A stretch of DNA of 64,000 nucleotides, taken from positions 64,001-128,000 of the forward strand of contig CAZFHY010000004.1 of the NCBI GenBank assembly GCA_964519305.1, read 5' to 3'. The stretch is from Candidatus Undinarchaeota archaeon (GTDB lineage: Archaea; SpSt-1190; JASMDC01). A program made the translations under genes and the position numbers. The notes under the pieces are model-generated. The model saw only the letters and a program-made list of their open reading frames with translations. It did not search any database and was not told the DNA's origin. This document shows, in pieces, positions 48,272 to 57,747 of the stretch (positions are counted from its first letter, which is position 1; each line of letters starts with the position of its first letter).

Positions 48272-49411
48272 ATGGCAAAGATCATCGTGCTCGGCGGTGG
48301 GCTCGTAGGCCAGGTCATGGCCCGCGACCTCGCTGCGGACAAGGACATCGACGTGACCGTTGCGGACCTCGATCCTTCCATTAAGGAACAACTCGCTCCA
48401 CACGGTATCGAATTCGTCAAGGCCGACCTATCGGACGCTGACACAGTCACACAGCTCATCCAGGGATACGATCTCGTTATCGGCTCTCTTCCCGGTTTCC
48501 TGGGATTCAAGAACCTCGAGACGGTCATCCGCGCTGGCAAGGACATCGTGGACATCTCGTTCATGCCCGAGGACGCAATGGCGCTGGACGGCCTGGCCAA
48601 GGAACATGGTATCACCGCGGTGGTGGACTGTGGTGTGGCACCCGGGATGAGCAACATGATCCCCGGGTACGTCGACTCCATACTTGACAAGACGACCGAT
48701 CTAACCATCATGGTCGGTGGCCTCCCCAAGGAGCGCAGCTGGCCCTACGAGTACAAGGCTCCGTTCTCCCCAATCGACGTGCTCGAGGAGTACACCCGGC
48801 CCGCGCGGCTCGTGCGCGACGGGAAAGTGGTCGTACTCCCGGCCCTCTCCGAGCCCGAACTGGTGGACTTCCCCGACATCGGAACTCTCGAGGCGTTCAA
48901 CACGGACGGCCTGCGCTCGCTCATCACCACGATCGACGCTCCGAACATGAAGGAGAAGACAATGCGATATCCCGGGCACATCGAGCTCATGCGTGTGCTG
49001 CGGGAGACCGGATTCTTCTCCCAGAAGAAGATCGAGCTCAAGGACGGGACTAAGGTCAAACCGCTCGACCTCACAACGCGTCTCCTCTTCCCTATGTGGA
49101 AGCTTGGGCCGGAGGACCGCGAGTTCACGGTCATGCGTGTCGAGGTCTCGGGTCTAAAGGACGACAAGCAGGTCACTTATGTCTACGACCTGATGGACCG
49201 GTACGATGAGAACACGGGATTCTCCTCGATGTCACGGACAACGGGTTTCCCGGCGGTCATCATGGCCCGCCAGGTCCTTGCCGGCCGCTTCACGGATAAG
49301 GGTGTGTTCCCACCTGAGTTCCTCGGACGCGACCACGAGCTCTTCCGGCTCTTACTTGCCGAGCTTACAAAGCGTGGCGTTGAGTTCACCGAGCGTATCG
49401 AGTCCGCGTGA
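48272..49411 (+). CDS. saccharopine dehydrogenase / lysine 6-dehydrogenase family protein
   Basis: LGGGLVG, DCGVAPGMSN, VGGLP, EAFNTDGLRSL, EKTMRYPGH and SMSRTTG. Confidence 0.9.
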   Translation: MAKIIVLGGGLVGQVMARDLAADKDIDVTVADLDPSIKEQLAPHGIEFVKADLSDADTVTQLIQGYDLVIGSLPGFLGFKNLETVIRAGKDIVDISFMPEDAMALDGLAKEHGITAVVDCGVAPGMSNMIPGYVDSILDKTTDLTIMVGGLPKERSWPYEYKAPFSPIDVLEEYTRPARLVRDGKVVVLPALSEPELVDFPDIGTLEAFNTDGLRSLITTIDAPNMKEKTMRYPGHIELMRVLRETGFFSQKKIELKDGTKVKPLDLTTRLLFPMWKLGPEDREFTVMRVEVSGLKDDKQVTYVYDLMDRYDENTGFSSMSRTTGFPAVIMARQVLAGRFTDKGVFPPEFLGRDHELFRLLLAELTKRGVEFTERIESA

Positions 49412-49442
49412 ACCAGTCGACGGAACGCGTATGTGATGGGCG

Positions 49443-50711
49443 TCAGCCCCATCGGGTCCGCGGGGGGCGGTTGGACATACGGTCCAGCCGCGCCTCGTTC
49501 CGCTCCTCCAGCACGACGTTGTGGAGTTCATGAGGATTGGTGATATGGTAGAACCGTCCTCCGGCTATACGGGTTAACGTACGACCGATATCCTCCCCTT
49601 CCTCGGAGAGCTCGATGCCTACTAACGAGATGGTGATATCAGCGGCAGCGGTTATGGAGGCCTCCTCGTAGGAACGCTCCACCGGGTCCTCGTCCCCGGT
49701 GGTGGGAATGGCGTCCGAGATCACTATGATGTGACGGCCTCTATGCGGTGTCGATGCGTCCATGAGCATCTCTCGTCCGGCCCGGATGGCGGCAGCGATA
49801 TCGGTACCTAGGGCCGGACTGAGGGCCGCTACTTCCCGGGCCACCTGCTCCACCTGTGGTGTCGGCTCCACTACCCGTGTAGGTCTGACGTTGAACGCCA
49901 CGACGCCCACGCGGTCACCTGACTTCGTGCCCGTGAACGCGAGACCGACAGCGGCCTTCTTACCAGCATCGAGCTTGTCACCATGCATGCTCCCGGAGAC
50001 GTCCAAGGCATACACGATGTCCAATGAGACGCTGCGTGTGCGCTCGTACACACGAAGATCATCGGTCCGGGGGAAGTTGCGTCCCCTCACCACCGCACGC
50101 TTGAGGCTCTGGCGCACGGATATATCCCTATAGGAGTCACCCTTACGATAGGGGCGAATGGACATGGGGTACCCGTGCTCACGCTCCCCTAATGTATGGA
50201 TCGCATGGTCGCCGCGACCCATCCGGGAGAGCCCTTCCAGCTCGTCGATGAGGAGGCTCACAGCGGCCAGCTCTTCTCCCTGCTCGCTGATCTCGAATCC
50301 CTCTCCCTCGCGTGCCGAAAAATAACCGGCCTGCATCATAGCGCCGACCTGTTCATCAATGCGCCGGGTAAGCTCACCCTTGCGATCAGGATGGCCCTCG
50401 TACGCATCGAAGTCCAACACCATGAGCCCTGTCATCGCTTCCAAGAACGGCTCGCCGTACACGCCCACGGCTGCCTTCGTATTGGAGGTCAGGAGCCTGG
50501 CGAGATGGGACGGATCGAAGGACGAGACGCCCCGGTTCATCATGGTGCGCAGGACCTGAGCATCCTGGCTCTCCTTGCTGGCAGCATCCAAGAGGCGCTG
50601 CCTCTCCTGAGGCTCGAGTCCATCGAAATAGGATAGGTCGATATCCGTCGGCGGATTGCCCCCACTGCCCTTCCCATCACCCGGAGGAGCGTCCTCCGGC
50701 TCATCGCTCAC
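49443..50711 (-). CDS. VWA domain protein (ChlD-like partner of the AAA ATPase)
   Basis: MIDAS motif DVSGSM, GTDI and ISDAIPT; RPYRKGD..RDIS. Confidence 0.88.
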   Translation of the reverse strand: MSDEPEDAPPGDGKGSGGNPPTDIDLSYFDGLEPQERQRLLDAASKESQDAQVLRTMMNRGVSSFDPSHLARLLTSNTKAAVGVYGEPFLEAMTGLMVLDFDAYEGHPDRKGELTRRIDEQVGAMMQAGYFSAREGEGFEISEQGEELAAVSLLIDELEGLSRMGRGDHAIHTLGEREHGYPMSIRPYRKGDSYRDISVRQSLKRAVVRGRNFPRTDDLRVYERTRSVSLDIVYALDVSGSMHGDKLDAGKKAAVGLAFTGTKSGDRVGVVAFNVRPTRVVEPTPQVEQVAREVAALSPALGTDIAAAIRAGREMLMDASTPHRGRHIIVISDAIPTTGDEDPVERSYEEASITAAADITISLVGIELSEEGEDIGRTLTRIAGGRFYHITNPHELHNVVLEERNEARLDRMSNRPPRTRWG

Positions 50712-51748
50712 GCTCGTTTTTTTTTTGCTTCGCGGAGAGCGGTGTCCACTATTTCCCCGAGGACCTCTTCGGGGCTCTTGACGTGGCTCACACGGCCGGA
50801 TAGATGGATGCGATGGGCCAGCACGGACTCCACGACGTCCAGTACATCCTGTTGTGTGACCTTGTCGCGGCCTTGTAGCATGGCGTTCGTCTGTGCCCGC
50901 TCATACAATCCGATCGAGGCACGGACACCAGCAGGTCGCTCGATGTCCTTGTGGTCGCGGGTAGCCCGGACGATGGCGATCATGAGTGCTAGCAGGTCAT
51001 CGGGGACCGTAAGCCCCTCCACGGCCTTACCGCGTTCCAGGACGATATTACGCTCGTCGTCGGTTGTAGCGGGGTAGGTCATGGTCGTGGTGTCGAACCG
51101 GTCCAGCAGTACCTCCGAGAGCTTCTCGGTACCCACGTACTCGGACGGATTCATGGTGGCGATAAGGATGAACCGGGCCGGGTAGTCCACGTCGTAACCG
51201 CCAAGTGTCGCGACACCCTCCTCGAGCACCTGGAGCAGCGCGTTCTGGAGCCGTTCAGGGCACCGGTTGAGCTCGTCAAAGAAGAGCACACCGCGGTTGG
51301 CCTTCAGGAGCTTGCCCGGAGTGAACGCCCGGGGATCGGTCGGACCGTACTTCATGGCCTTCACGGGATCTATATCACCAAGAAGGTCCTCGGCCTGGAG
51401 GTCCGGGCTCCCTTGGACACGGATGAACCGCTGGGCGCCGGTGACCTTCATCTTCTTCGCCTCACCCTCCCTTGAGCGACATAATGGGCATACAGGCCGT
51501 TCGGGATCGCAATGATAGGGACAGCCCTCAACCGCCTTCACGGAAGGCAGTAGCCCAGCTATCGTGCGGGCGAGCGTGGTCTTTCCGACACCGGGATAAC
51601 CCTTGATTATGATGTGACGTCCGGCAAGAATCGCCGAGAGCACATCGCGCTTGGTCCCACTCTGGCCGATGATCCCAGGTATGTCGATACCCTCGTCCCG
51701 CGTCCGTTCCCGCAGGGCCGTGAGGAGCTCGTCCACGGGTGTGCCCAT
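50708..51748 (-). CDS. MoxR/Mg-chelatase ChlI-like AAA+ ATPase
   Basis: GYPGVGKT, CPYHCDP..PVCPLC, LLGDIDP, FFDELNR, ATMNP and LLDRF; start at ATG 51748. Confidence 0.9.
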   Translation of the reverse strand: MGTPVDELLTALRERTRDEGIDIPGIIGQSGTKRDVLSAILAGRHIIIKGYPGVGKTTLARTIAGLLPSVKAVEGCPYHCDPERPVCPLCRSREGEAKKMKVTGAQRFIRVQGSPDLQAEDLLGDIDPVKAMKYGPTDPRAFTPGKLLKANRGVLFFDELNRCPERLQNALLQVLEEGVATLGGYDVDYPARFILIATMNPSEYVGTEKLSEVLLDRFDTTTMTYPATTDDERNIVLERGKAVEGLTVPDDLLALMIAIVRATRDHKDIERPAGVRASIGLYERAQTNAMLQGRDKVTQQDVLDVVESVLAHRIHLSGRVSHVKSPEEVLGEIVDTALREAKKKRA

Positions 51749-51788
51749 GGGACTAAAATTGATAAAGCTTGGGAACCCTAGCCTTTCC

Positions 51789-52157
51789 GTGCCCACGGGG
51801 ACCCTGTACTTCAAGGCCAAGATCGCCGAGCTCAACGACCGCATCGAGACCCTCAAGGTAGAGAACGATACGCTCACAGCCAAGCTCCGCGAGGCCGAAG
51901 CACGAAGAATCAATGCTGACGTACGTCGCTCTGCCGCTACCGTGTCGACGGAGGACATTGAGTCCAAGCTTGTAGAGTCAGAGGAGCGACGTGCTCTGGA
52001 GATCGAACGTATCCACGAGCTCGAAGAACAGCTCAGGCAGCTGGAGGGGAAACAGGCAGAGTACGAGTCCCTCATCGCCGAACTCATGGAAAAGAGGGTC
52101 GAGAGCCTCTCCCGGAATGTGAAGGAGCTTGGCGCCGAGTTCGCGGATGAAGAGTGA
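51789..52157 (+). CDS. coiled-coil hypothetical protein
   Basis: E/K/R heptad-rich ORF, divergent from the AAA gene; GTG start 28 nt after GATAAA. Confidence 0.6.
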   Translation: MPTGTLYFKAKIAELNDRIETLKVENDTLTAKLREAEARRINADVRRSAATVSTEDIESKLVESEERRALEIERIHELEEQLRQLEGKQAEYESLIAELMEKRVESLSRNVKELGAEFADEE

Positions 52158-52175
52158 CCTCTTTATTGTAGGTTC

Positions 52176-52195
52176 TGCCCCCGCGCACGGGGGCA
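52176..52195. terminator. GC-rich hairpin between the convergent CDS and tRNA
   Basis: TGCCCCCG-CGCA-CGGGGGCA, a perfect 8-bp stem. Confidence 0.5.
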
Positions 52196-52203
52196 ATAAG
52201 AAA

Positions 52204-52278
52204 TGCGACTGCCGGGATTTGAACCCGGGCAGCAGGCTTGGGAAGCCTGAGTCCTAGACCAGACTGGACCACAGTCGC
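52204..52278 (-). tRNA. tRNA-Gly (anticodon CCC), no intron, CCA not encoded
   Basis: Acceptor stem GCGACTG/CAGTCGC, anticodon arm CAGGC-TTCCCAA-GCCTG and T arm CCGGG-TTCAAAT-CCCGG. Confidence 0.96.
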
Positions 52279-52405
52279 AACCATCTCCTTTCGATGAATA
52301 CATTAAAACCTTTTGGAAGGGCAGGAACGGACCGCGGCACTGGAATCTATTCGTACTCCTTTGAAGAAAGTGGGTATCGATACCAGTAGATTCGAAGGTC
52401 AACGA

Positions 52406-53692
52406 TCAAGGGACTACGCGCACCCTGGAGCCGACCAGGGATGTCGCTATCCGTCCGATGTTCACCAGGTCAGCGTCCCGTCTGCGGTCGACAATATCCG
52501 CTTCACGTTCAATGGATTTGAGCTCACGGTCCACCTTCTCTGTCTCGCGCTCCAGTTCCCGCATCCGCGCATCCTGCTCGTGGGCGCGCTGGACCACCGG
52601 ATGCTCCTCAAGCTTGCGTTCCTTCTTCTGGACATCCTCGGCCACTTGCGCGTAAGTAGTGATATAGGGAGCTAGTGCTCCGGACTGAAGATGCTTCAGG
52701 GCGGCCTTGGTCTTTGCGGCCTTGTCCTTCTTGATACCCAAGGCACGACCGTCACAGGCGGTCGCGAGTCCATCGAGGAGCCTGGAGAACTGTGGGTGTT
52801 GTGGACCCTCACCGACCAGAGTGGCGACAGGCCGTTTGAGGTATGCTGCGGCCAATTGGGACTCATCGCCCGTGTCTAGCGATTTTTGATACTTCTTTAA
52901 CGCTTTCTTAACGCCTCCAAGAGCTGTCTCGATACGGCGTCCGGCCTCGCGAAGTCGCTCGCGCGCGTCCTCCAACTCCTTTTCCACCTCGGCCAGTTCA
53001 CTCTCTGTGGCCTGACGTTCAGTGTTCAGCGCTTCGACCTTGCCATTCAATTCATCAAGGTGGTCCTGGAGCCGTTCAGTCTCTCCGACCATACGCTGGC
53101 CTATCAAGTCCGCTTCCTGAGCGTCGGCCACCAGTTCGGCAAGCTCGTCTAGACCTCCAAGGGACCGTAGACCTTTCATGGCCTTGGATAACGCTTTATG
53201 GAGCTCGACAAGCTCCCTCACCTCCTCCCCAATAGCCTTGGTCTCATTGGGGAAAACCACAGAGAGATAGTAGACATGGGCCTGACTTGCCTTCGTGAGC
53301 ATACGGAGCGACGCATCAAGGGAATCGGTGAACTCAGCAATCGATCCCAATCGCTCATCTTGTGGAAAGGCGACCTTTTGCATGGCCTTTCCCACCTTAC
53401 GCTGGAGATGACGTCGGGATTCGCCTACTGCCTTGATGAGACGAGCGTCCACTTCTTCATTATCGATTTCCCCCTCTTCCAGCCCTTCGACAAGCTCCTC
53501 AAGGGCCTCGAGCCGACTGCGGATATTGGATGCCAGCTCGTTCACGCGGTCGATCGAGTCGCGGGCCTCGCCCCGGGTACGCTCGCGAACGAGATCGACC
53601 ACCTCGTCGACCCCGACCTTGATCGGCCCGGGAGGTGGGGGTGGCTCTTCCTCGCGCCCACCGAGCAAGGAGCGCAGGAAATCAAGGACCAT
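52406..53692 (-). CDS. long coiled-coil hypothetical protein
   Basis: Extensive heptad repeats; no ATPase motifs. Confidence 0.75.
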   Translation of the reverse strand: MVLDFLRSLLGGREEEPPPPPGPIKVGVDEVVDLVRERTRGEARDSIDRVNELASNIRSRLEALEELVEGLEEGEIDNEEVDARLIKAVGESRRHLQRKVGKAMQKVAFPQDERLGSIAEFTDSLDASLRMLTKASQAHVYYLSVVFPNETKAIGEEVRELVELHKALSKAMKGLRSLGGLDELAELVADAQEADLIGQRMVGETERLQDHLDELNGKVEALNTERQATESELAEVEKELEDARERLREAGRRIETALGGVKKALKKYQKSLDTGDESQLAAAYLKRPVATLVGEGPQHPQFSRLLDGLATACDGRALGIKKDKAAKTKAALKHLQSGALAPYITTYAQVAEDVQKKERKLEEHPVVQRAHEQDARMRELERETEKVDRELKSIEREADIVDRRRDADLVNIGRIATSLVGSRVRVVP

Positions 53693-53937
53693 TGAACGGC
53701 CACAGGTGCCTTAATTTGAAATAGTTGTGCCACTAAACGTTAAATAGAAGTTACATGGAAAAAACCGGCGTTAATTCCGAGTTAGGCGATTTTAATGGAT
53801 TTTCATCGTTTTTTCGTATACAAAGCTTTAAAACTGAAGAGCGGGACCATAAAAAACGCCCTTTTGGGGTTTGAGCGAGATAAAACGCAAGGAAATCGCT
53901 CCGTTTACCTTCGGTCCATTGGGATGGAAGGTCGGTC

Positions 53938-54432
53938 ATGGAGGAAACAATGAGAGACGAGGAGTTCATCGAGATTGCGCGAAATTTGTTCGAGAAGAAG
54001 GAATTCTCAGTAGCGGACCTTATGCTGGCGGTCTATGATATGAAGCCACGGTCCGATACTCCCGAATACCGGACGCTCACTAGCAAACTCCGTGTTCTCG
54101 AGAAGCGCAAGCTCCTCTATTCACGCAAGGTAGGTAACCTCAAGCGTTACCGGCTCCAGGAAGAGATCCCGGGTCAGCTGAAGAAGCGTGTGCCGCCCAT
54201 CAGCGCCAAGGACCGCCTTCTGCCAGACGAGTACCTTGCTCTTCGGGAGATGGTCATAGATGGTCTCCGTACAGGGAGGATCCCTCTCAGCGGAGTAATG
54301 GGGCCGGAGAAGCATCTCCTTCCGTATCTATACAACAACATCCACAGAATTATCGCTAGTGTAAAAGCTCCGTATGAGGAGATACACATCAAGACAACAC
54401 CCCTCTACATAGAACTTGTTCCCATGGCATGA
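53938..54432 (+). CDS. hypothetical protein with N-terminal winged-helix domain
   Basis: FSVADL...LTSKLRVLEKRKLLYSRKVGNLKRYRL wHTH pattern. Confidence 0.6.
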   Translation: MEETMRDEEFIEIARNLFEKKEFSVADLMLAVYDMKPRSDTPEYRTLTSKLRVLEKRKLLYSRKVGNLKRYRLQEEIPGQLKKRVPPISAKDRLLPDEYLALREMVIDGLRTGRIPLSGVMGPEKHLLPYLYNNIHRIIASVKAPYEEIHIKTTPLYIELVPMA

Positions 54433-54458
54433 GGGGGAGTGGACTCCCCCCTCATGCC
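54426..54458 (+). terminator. long GC hairpin followed by a pyrimidine tract
   Basis: GGCATGAGGGGGAGT-GG-ACTCCCCCCTCATGCC, then CCCCTTCTTCTTTC. Confidence 0.5.
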
Positions 54459-54641
54459 CCCCCTTCTTCTTTCAACTGTTGAAGGCCCAGGGTCATCCTC
54501 CCAGTCTATCGCTATCGACTCATCAGTCTGAAAGCGTAAAGAACAGGATACTGACGTCCTTGCCGAGACCGGCTCATGGACGGTTTGGCGCGGCGAGGAC
54601 AAACCTTAAAAATACATCCTCACTCCCTTTGCCCGGTCATC

Positions 54642-54809
54642 ATGGAAGCAGCTACCTGCGCCTCGTGCGGGATGAATTCCCTTCTCGCACAATATTTTGT
54701 GATATTCCCCTGTCCGAACTGTGGCAAGGCCACCGTCGCGCGTTGCGGTCGGTGCAAGGCCCTTGGCAGGAACTACGAATGTGGGGAATGCGGATTCGAG
54801 GGACCTTAG
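54642..54809 (+). CDS. zinc-ribbon protein (DUF1610/HVO_2753 family)
   Basis: CASCG..FPCPNCG..RCGRC..YECGECGFEGP, in its usual position before EF-1beta. Confidence 0.92.
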   Translation: MEAATCASCGMNSLLAQYFVIFPCPNCGKATVARCGRCKALGRNYECGECGFEGP

Positions 54810-54810
54810 A

Positions 54811-55080
54811 ATGGGAGAAGTAATTACGACTTTCAAGGTTATGCCTGACGGACTCGATATCGATCTGGACGGGCTCAAGGAAACGATCAAGAAGGATGTG
54901 GGCGTCATCGTGAAGGTCCACGACCTCCGCGAGCAGCCTATCGCTTTCGGGCTCAAAGCGCTCTTAGTGATGGTCACCATCCCCGAGCAGGAGGGTGTCC
55001 TCGAGAAGGTCGAGAGCGCTCTTGAGGCCATCGAAGGGGTCAGCCAGGTCGACACGGTGGACGCACGCCGCGCCCTCTAG
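54811..55080 (+). CDS. ef1b: translation elongation factor 1-beta
   Basis: MGEV...KVMP and EQPIAFGLKAL. Confidence 0.93.
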   Translation: MGEVITTFKVMPDGLDIDLDGLKETIKKDVGVIVKVHDLREQPIAFGLKALLVMVTIPEQEGVLEKVESALEAIEGVSQVDTVDARRAL

Positions 55081-55089
55081 GGACGGCCC

Positions 55090-56115
55090 ATGGGCGTACA
55101 GCTCCGGGACCTTCTAGCCCCGCGGGAGCTGGCCATCTCCGACCTTGCCGGCCTGAAGATCGCGATCGACGGGTACAACGCCCTCTACCAGTTCATATCC
55201 AGCATCCGTCAGAGGGACGGCACTCCCCTCCACGATGTCAAAGGGAACATAACGAGCCATCTTTCCGGCACGTTCTATCGCACAGCCAACCTCGTAGAGA
55301 AGGGTGTGCAGCCGGTATACGTGTTCGATGGCCCTCCGCCACCCGAGAAGCGCGCTGTCCTAGATGAGCGACGTGCCGTTCGGGAGGAGGCCAAGCTCCA
55401 GTGGGAGAAGGCGCTCCGCGAGGGGCGCATCGAGGATGCGCGCAAGTACTCCCAGCAAGCCGTGTTCCTTACAAAAGACATGGTGAACGAGGCCAAGACG
55501 CTCTTGGACCACATGGGCATCCCTTGGGTGGACGCTCCCGCCGAGGGCGAGGCCCAAGCGGCCCAGATGGCGGCGAAGGGCATCGTGGACGCTGCTGCGT
55601 CCCAGGACTACGATTCCCTCCTGTTCGGCTCCCCCACATTCGTCCGCAATGTCACCTTATCAGGCCGACGCAAGCTTCCCGGCCGTAACATCTACGTCCC
55701 CGTCGTCCCCGAACGCCTTGATCTGGCTGAGAGCCTCGAGAGCCTAGGCATCACACAGGAACAGCTCGTGCTGCTCGGTGTGCTCATCGGTACGGACTAC
55801 AATCCTGGCGGCGTGAAGGGAATCGGGCCAAAGAAAGGGCTCAAGCGGGTCAAGGAGCATGGTACGCTCGAGCGCGTCCTAGAGACTGTCGACTGGGAGT
55901 TCGATCTAGCGCCGGACCGCATCATGGATATGTTCCTCGATCCGGACGTCGATGTTGACGTTTCTCCCACTTGGGGCCGCGCCAACGTCCCCAAGATCGT
56001 ACGGTTCATGGCCGAGGGACATGACTTCTCCGACGAGAGGATCGAACGGACCGCCAAGCGCATGGCCAAGAACCAGTCGTCGGGCACACAAGGAAAGCTC
56101 GACCAGTGGTTCTGA
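55090..56115 (+). CDS. fen: flap endonuclease 1
   Basis: MGV, IDGYNALYQF, EGEAQAA, SQDYDSLLFG and GTDYNPGG; C-terminal PIP box QGKLDQWF. Confidence 0.97.
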   Translation: MGVQLRDLLAPRELAISDLAGLKIAIDGYNALYQFISSIRQRDGTPLHDVKGNITSHLSGTFYRTANLVEKGVQPVYVFDGPPPPEKRAVLDERRAVREEAKLQWEKALREGRIEDARKYSQQAVFLTKDMVNEAKTLLDHMGIPWVDAPAEGEAQAAQMAAKGIVDAAASQDYDSLLFGSPTFVRNVTLSGRRKLPGRNIYVPVVPERLDLAESLESLGITQEQLVLLGVLIGTDYNPGGVKGIGPKKGLKRVKEHGTLERVLETVDWEFDLAPDRIMDMFLDPDVDVDVSPTWGRANVPKIVRFMAEGHDFSDERIERTAKRMAKNQSSGTQGKLDQWF

Positions 56116-56161
56116 GCCGCGACCGTAGGGTTTTTATTCTTGCCCCTGCGACGCACTCCCG

Positions 56162-56821
56162 GTGAACAGGATGGATGATGAACCGACCGGACTGCTCCGC
56201 AGCGTGCTCCCCTTCGTGGCGCTGGCCTTCGCGGCCGAGGCGTACATGAAGCGCGACGTCCTCATGCCGGCCCTCTCAGCTGGCGATATTGGAATCGGGG
56301 ACGAGGATATTCTCCCCGAGGACGAAATGGAGGAAGAGAGCTGTGGCGGCCCCAGCAAGCTAAAGTCATTCCTCAAGTTCGCGGCCACCGAGGTGTTCAA
56401 GAACGCCATGGCATCCCAAGGGATCTCTCCCGACATGAAGGAGAACGTGCTCGCCGAGATCATGACCCTCAAGGACAGGGTCACTGAGGGCATGGCGGGC
56501 GGTAGCATCCCCGTGGACGTCCACCAGACGGCCAAGGAGATCATCATCCAGGCAGAGCTCCCCGGTGTTTTGAAGGAGGACATCACCCTCGAGACCAACG
56601 AGATGTACCTCCACATAGCGGCCAACGTAAAGCGACCTACAGAAGTGCCCGAGGAGGACGTGCTCGTTTCCGAGCGGACCCTCGGTCTCATCGAGCGCGA
56701 TGTTGAGCTGCCTATCCCCGTAGTACCCCAGGGTGCAAAGGCCGCGCTCGATAACGGCATCCTCACCATCACACTGAAGAAGAGTCCCGCCGTCATTATG
56801 CGGGAGATCAAGCTGAAATAA
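56162..56821 (+). CDS. Hsp20/alpha-crystallin family protein with long N-terminal extension
   Basis: PVDV..T, AELPGV.KEDI, ER...LP and A.LDNGILTITL; C-terminal I-x-L motif. Confidence 0.85.
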   Translation: MNRMDDEPTGLLRSVLPFVALAFAAEAYMKRDVLMPALSAGDIGIGDEDILPEDEMEEESCGGPSKLKSFLKFAATEVFKNAMASQGISPDMKENVLAEIMTLKDRVTEGMAGGSIPVDVHQTAKEIIIQAELPGVLKEDITLETNEMYLHIAANVKRPTEVPEEDVLVSERTLGLIERDVELPIPVVPQGAKAALDNGILTITLKKSPAVIMREIKLK

Positions 56822-56834
56822 GCGAGGGATCGAC

Positions 56835-57038
56835 ATGACAGACGCAAAGCCCAAAATCGATAAGAAACTCGTCGATGATGTCCTGGACATCATCAAGGCA
56901 CATCCTCTCGAGGTCGACCTGAAGGTGGCCAAGAAGGAGTTCGTCAACGTCAAGCTCACAGACAAGAAGATCGACGTCGACCTGCGCGATCCTGAAGAGC
57001 TCGCCCACCTCATGCGCATCATGCAGTCGCTCAAGTGA
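56835..57038 (+). CDS. small hypothetical protein
   Basis: Strong coding bias, GAGG SD-like element, stop overlaps the next ORF. Confidence 0.65.
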   Translation: MTDAKPKIDKKLVDDVLDIIKAHPLEVDLKVAKKEFVNVKLTDKKIDVDLRDPEELAHLMRIMQSLK

Positions 57039-57262
57039 CCACCATGCTCGATGAGTTGTTGAACGCCAAAGAGGAGCTGAACGAGGTCAGCCGCCTCCTG
57101 CGGAACAAGGGTATGGCCGTGGAACTCTACTCCCGCGGCGTCTCCCTCATACGGATCGGAAGGAACAGCGACAGCCTTGCTATGGGCATTCTCGGTATCG
57201 AGAACGTCTCCATCAACAACAAGATCAAGCTGGTCCAGACCCTCAACGAGATCCGGCCATGA
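57035..57262 (+). CDS. small hypothetical protein
   Basis: GTGA and ATGA overlaps with the flanking genes, implying translational coupling. Confidence 0.65.
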   Translation: MTTMLDELLNAKEELNEVSRLLRNKGMAVELYSRGVSLIRIGRNSDSLAMGILGIENVSINNKIKLVQTLNEIRP

Positions 57263-57705
57263 GGACCGTCGACCTCACACCCGAGCAGCGGGAGCTCGTT
57301 GACGCGGCCATAGCCGCCATGCAGAACTCCTACTGCCCCTATTCAGGGTTCAGGGTAGGAGCCGCTGCCCGTACGACCACGGGGAACGTCCACGTCGGCT
57401 GCAACGTCGAATCCGCTGACTACACACTCACCAGTCACGCCGAGATGAACGCGATCAATGCCGCGGCAGTGCATGGCGAGTATCAGGTCACCTCTATGGC
57501 CGTAGTGCTCGAGGAGGGGCTCATCCCCGGCTGCGGTCTCTGTCGCCAGAAGATGATGGAGTTCAAGCCACCTGGCGGGGACATGGAGGTCATCGCCGCC
57601 AACCTTCAGGGGGAGGCGCGGGTGTTCAAGCTCTCCGAGCTCATCCCTCATGGCTTCGGGCCCGAGGACCTTGATGTCGACCGGTCCAAGTGGCTCGAAA
57701 AGTAA
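57259..57705 (+). CDS. cdd: cytidine deaminase
   Basis: SYCPYSGFRVGAA, GCNVE, HAE and GCGLCRQ. Confidence 0.93.
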   Translation: MRTVDLTPEQRELVDAAIAAMQNSYCPYSGFRVGAAARTTTGNVHVGCNVESADYTLTSHAEMNAINAAAVHGEYQVTSMAVVLEEGLIPGCGLCRQKMMEFKPPGGDMEVIAANLQGEARVFKLSELIPHGFGPEDLDVDRSKWLEK

Positions 57706-57747
57706 GGCAGTTTCATTTAACGATTTCATAACGTTCGATTGACTCAG

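Noticed and set aside
52406-53692. SMC/Rad50-like ATPase
   Set aside because: Coiled coil only; no Walker A/B or signature motifs.
54485-54535. Minus-strand CTGATGA-GTC...GAC resembling a hammerhead ribozyme core or C/D box sRNA
   Set aside because: The GAAA required after stem II is absent (TGGG instead), and no canonical CTGA D box sits at proper spacing.
52204-54640. tRNA-Gly as the attachment site of an integrated element
   Set aside because: No integrase and no duplicated tRNA 3' end were seen in the window.
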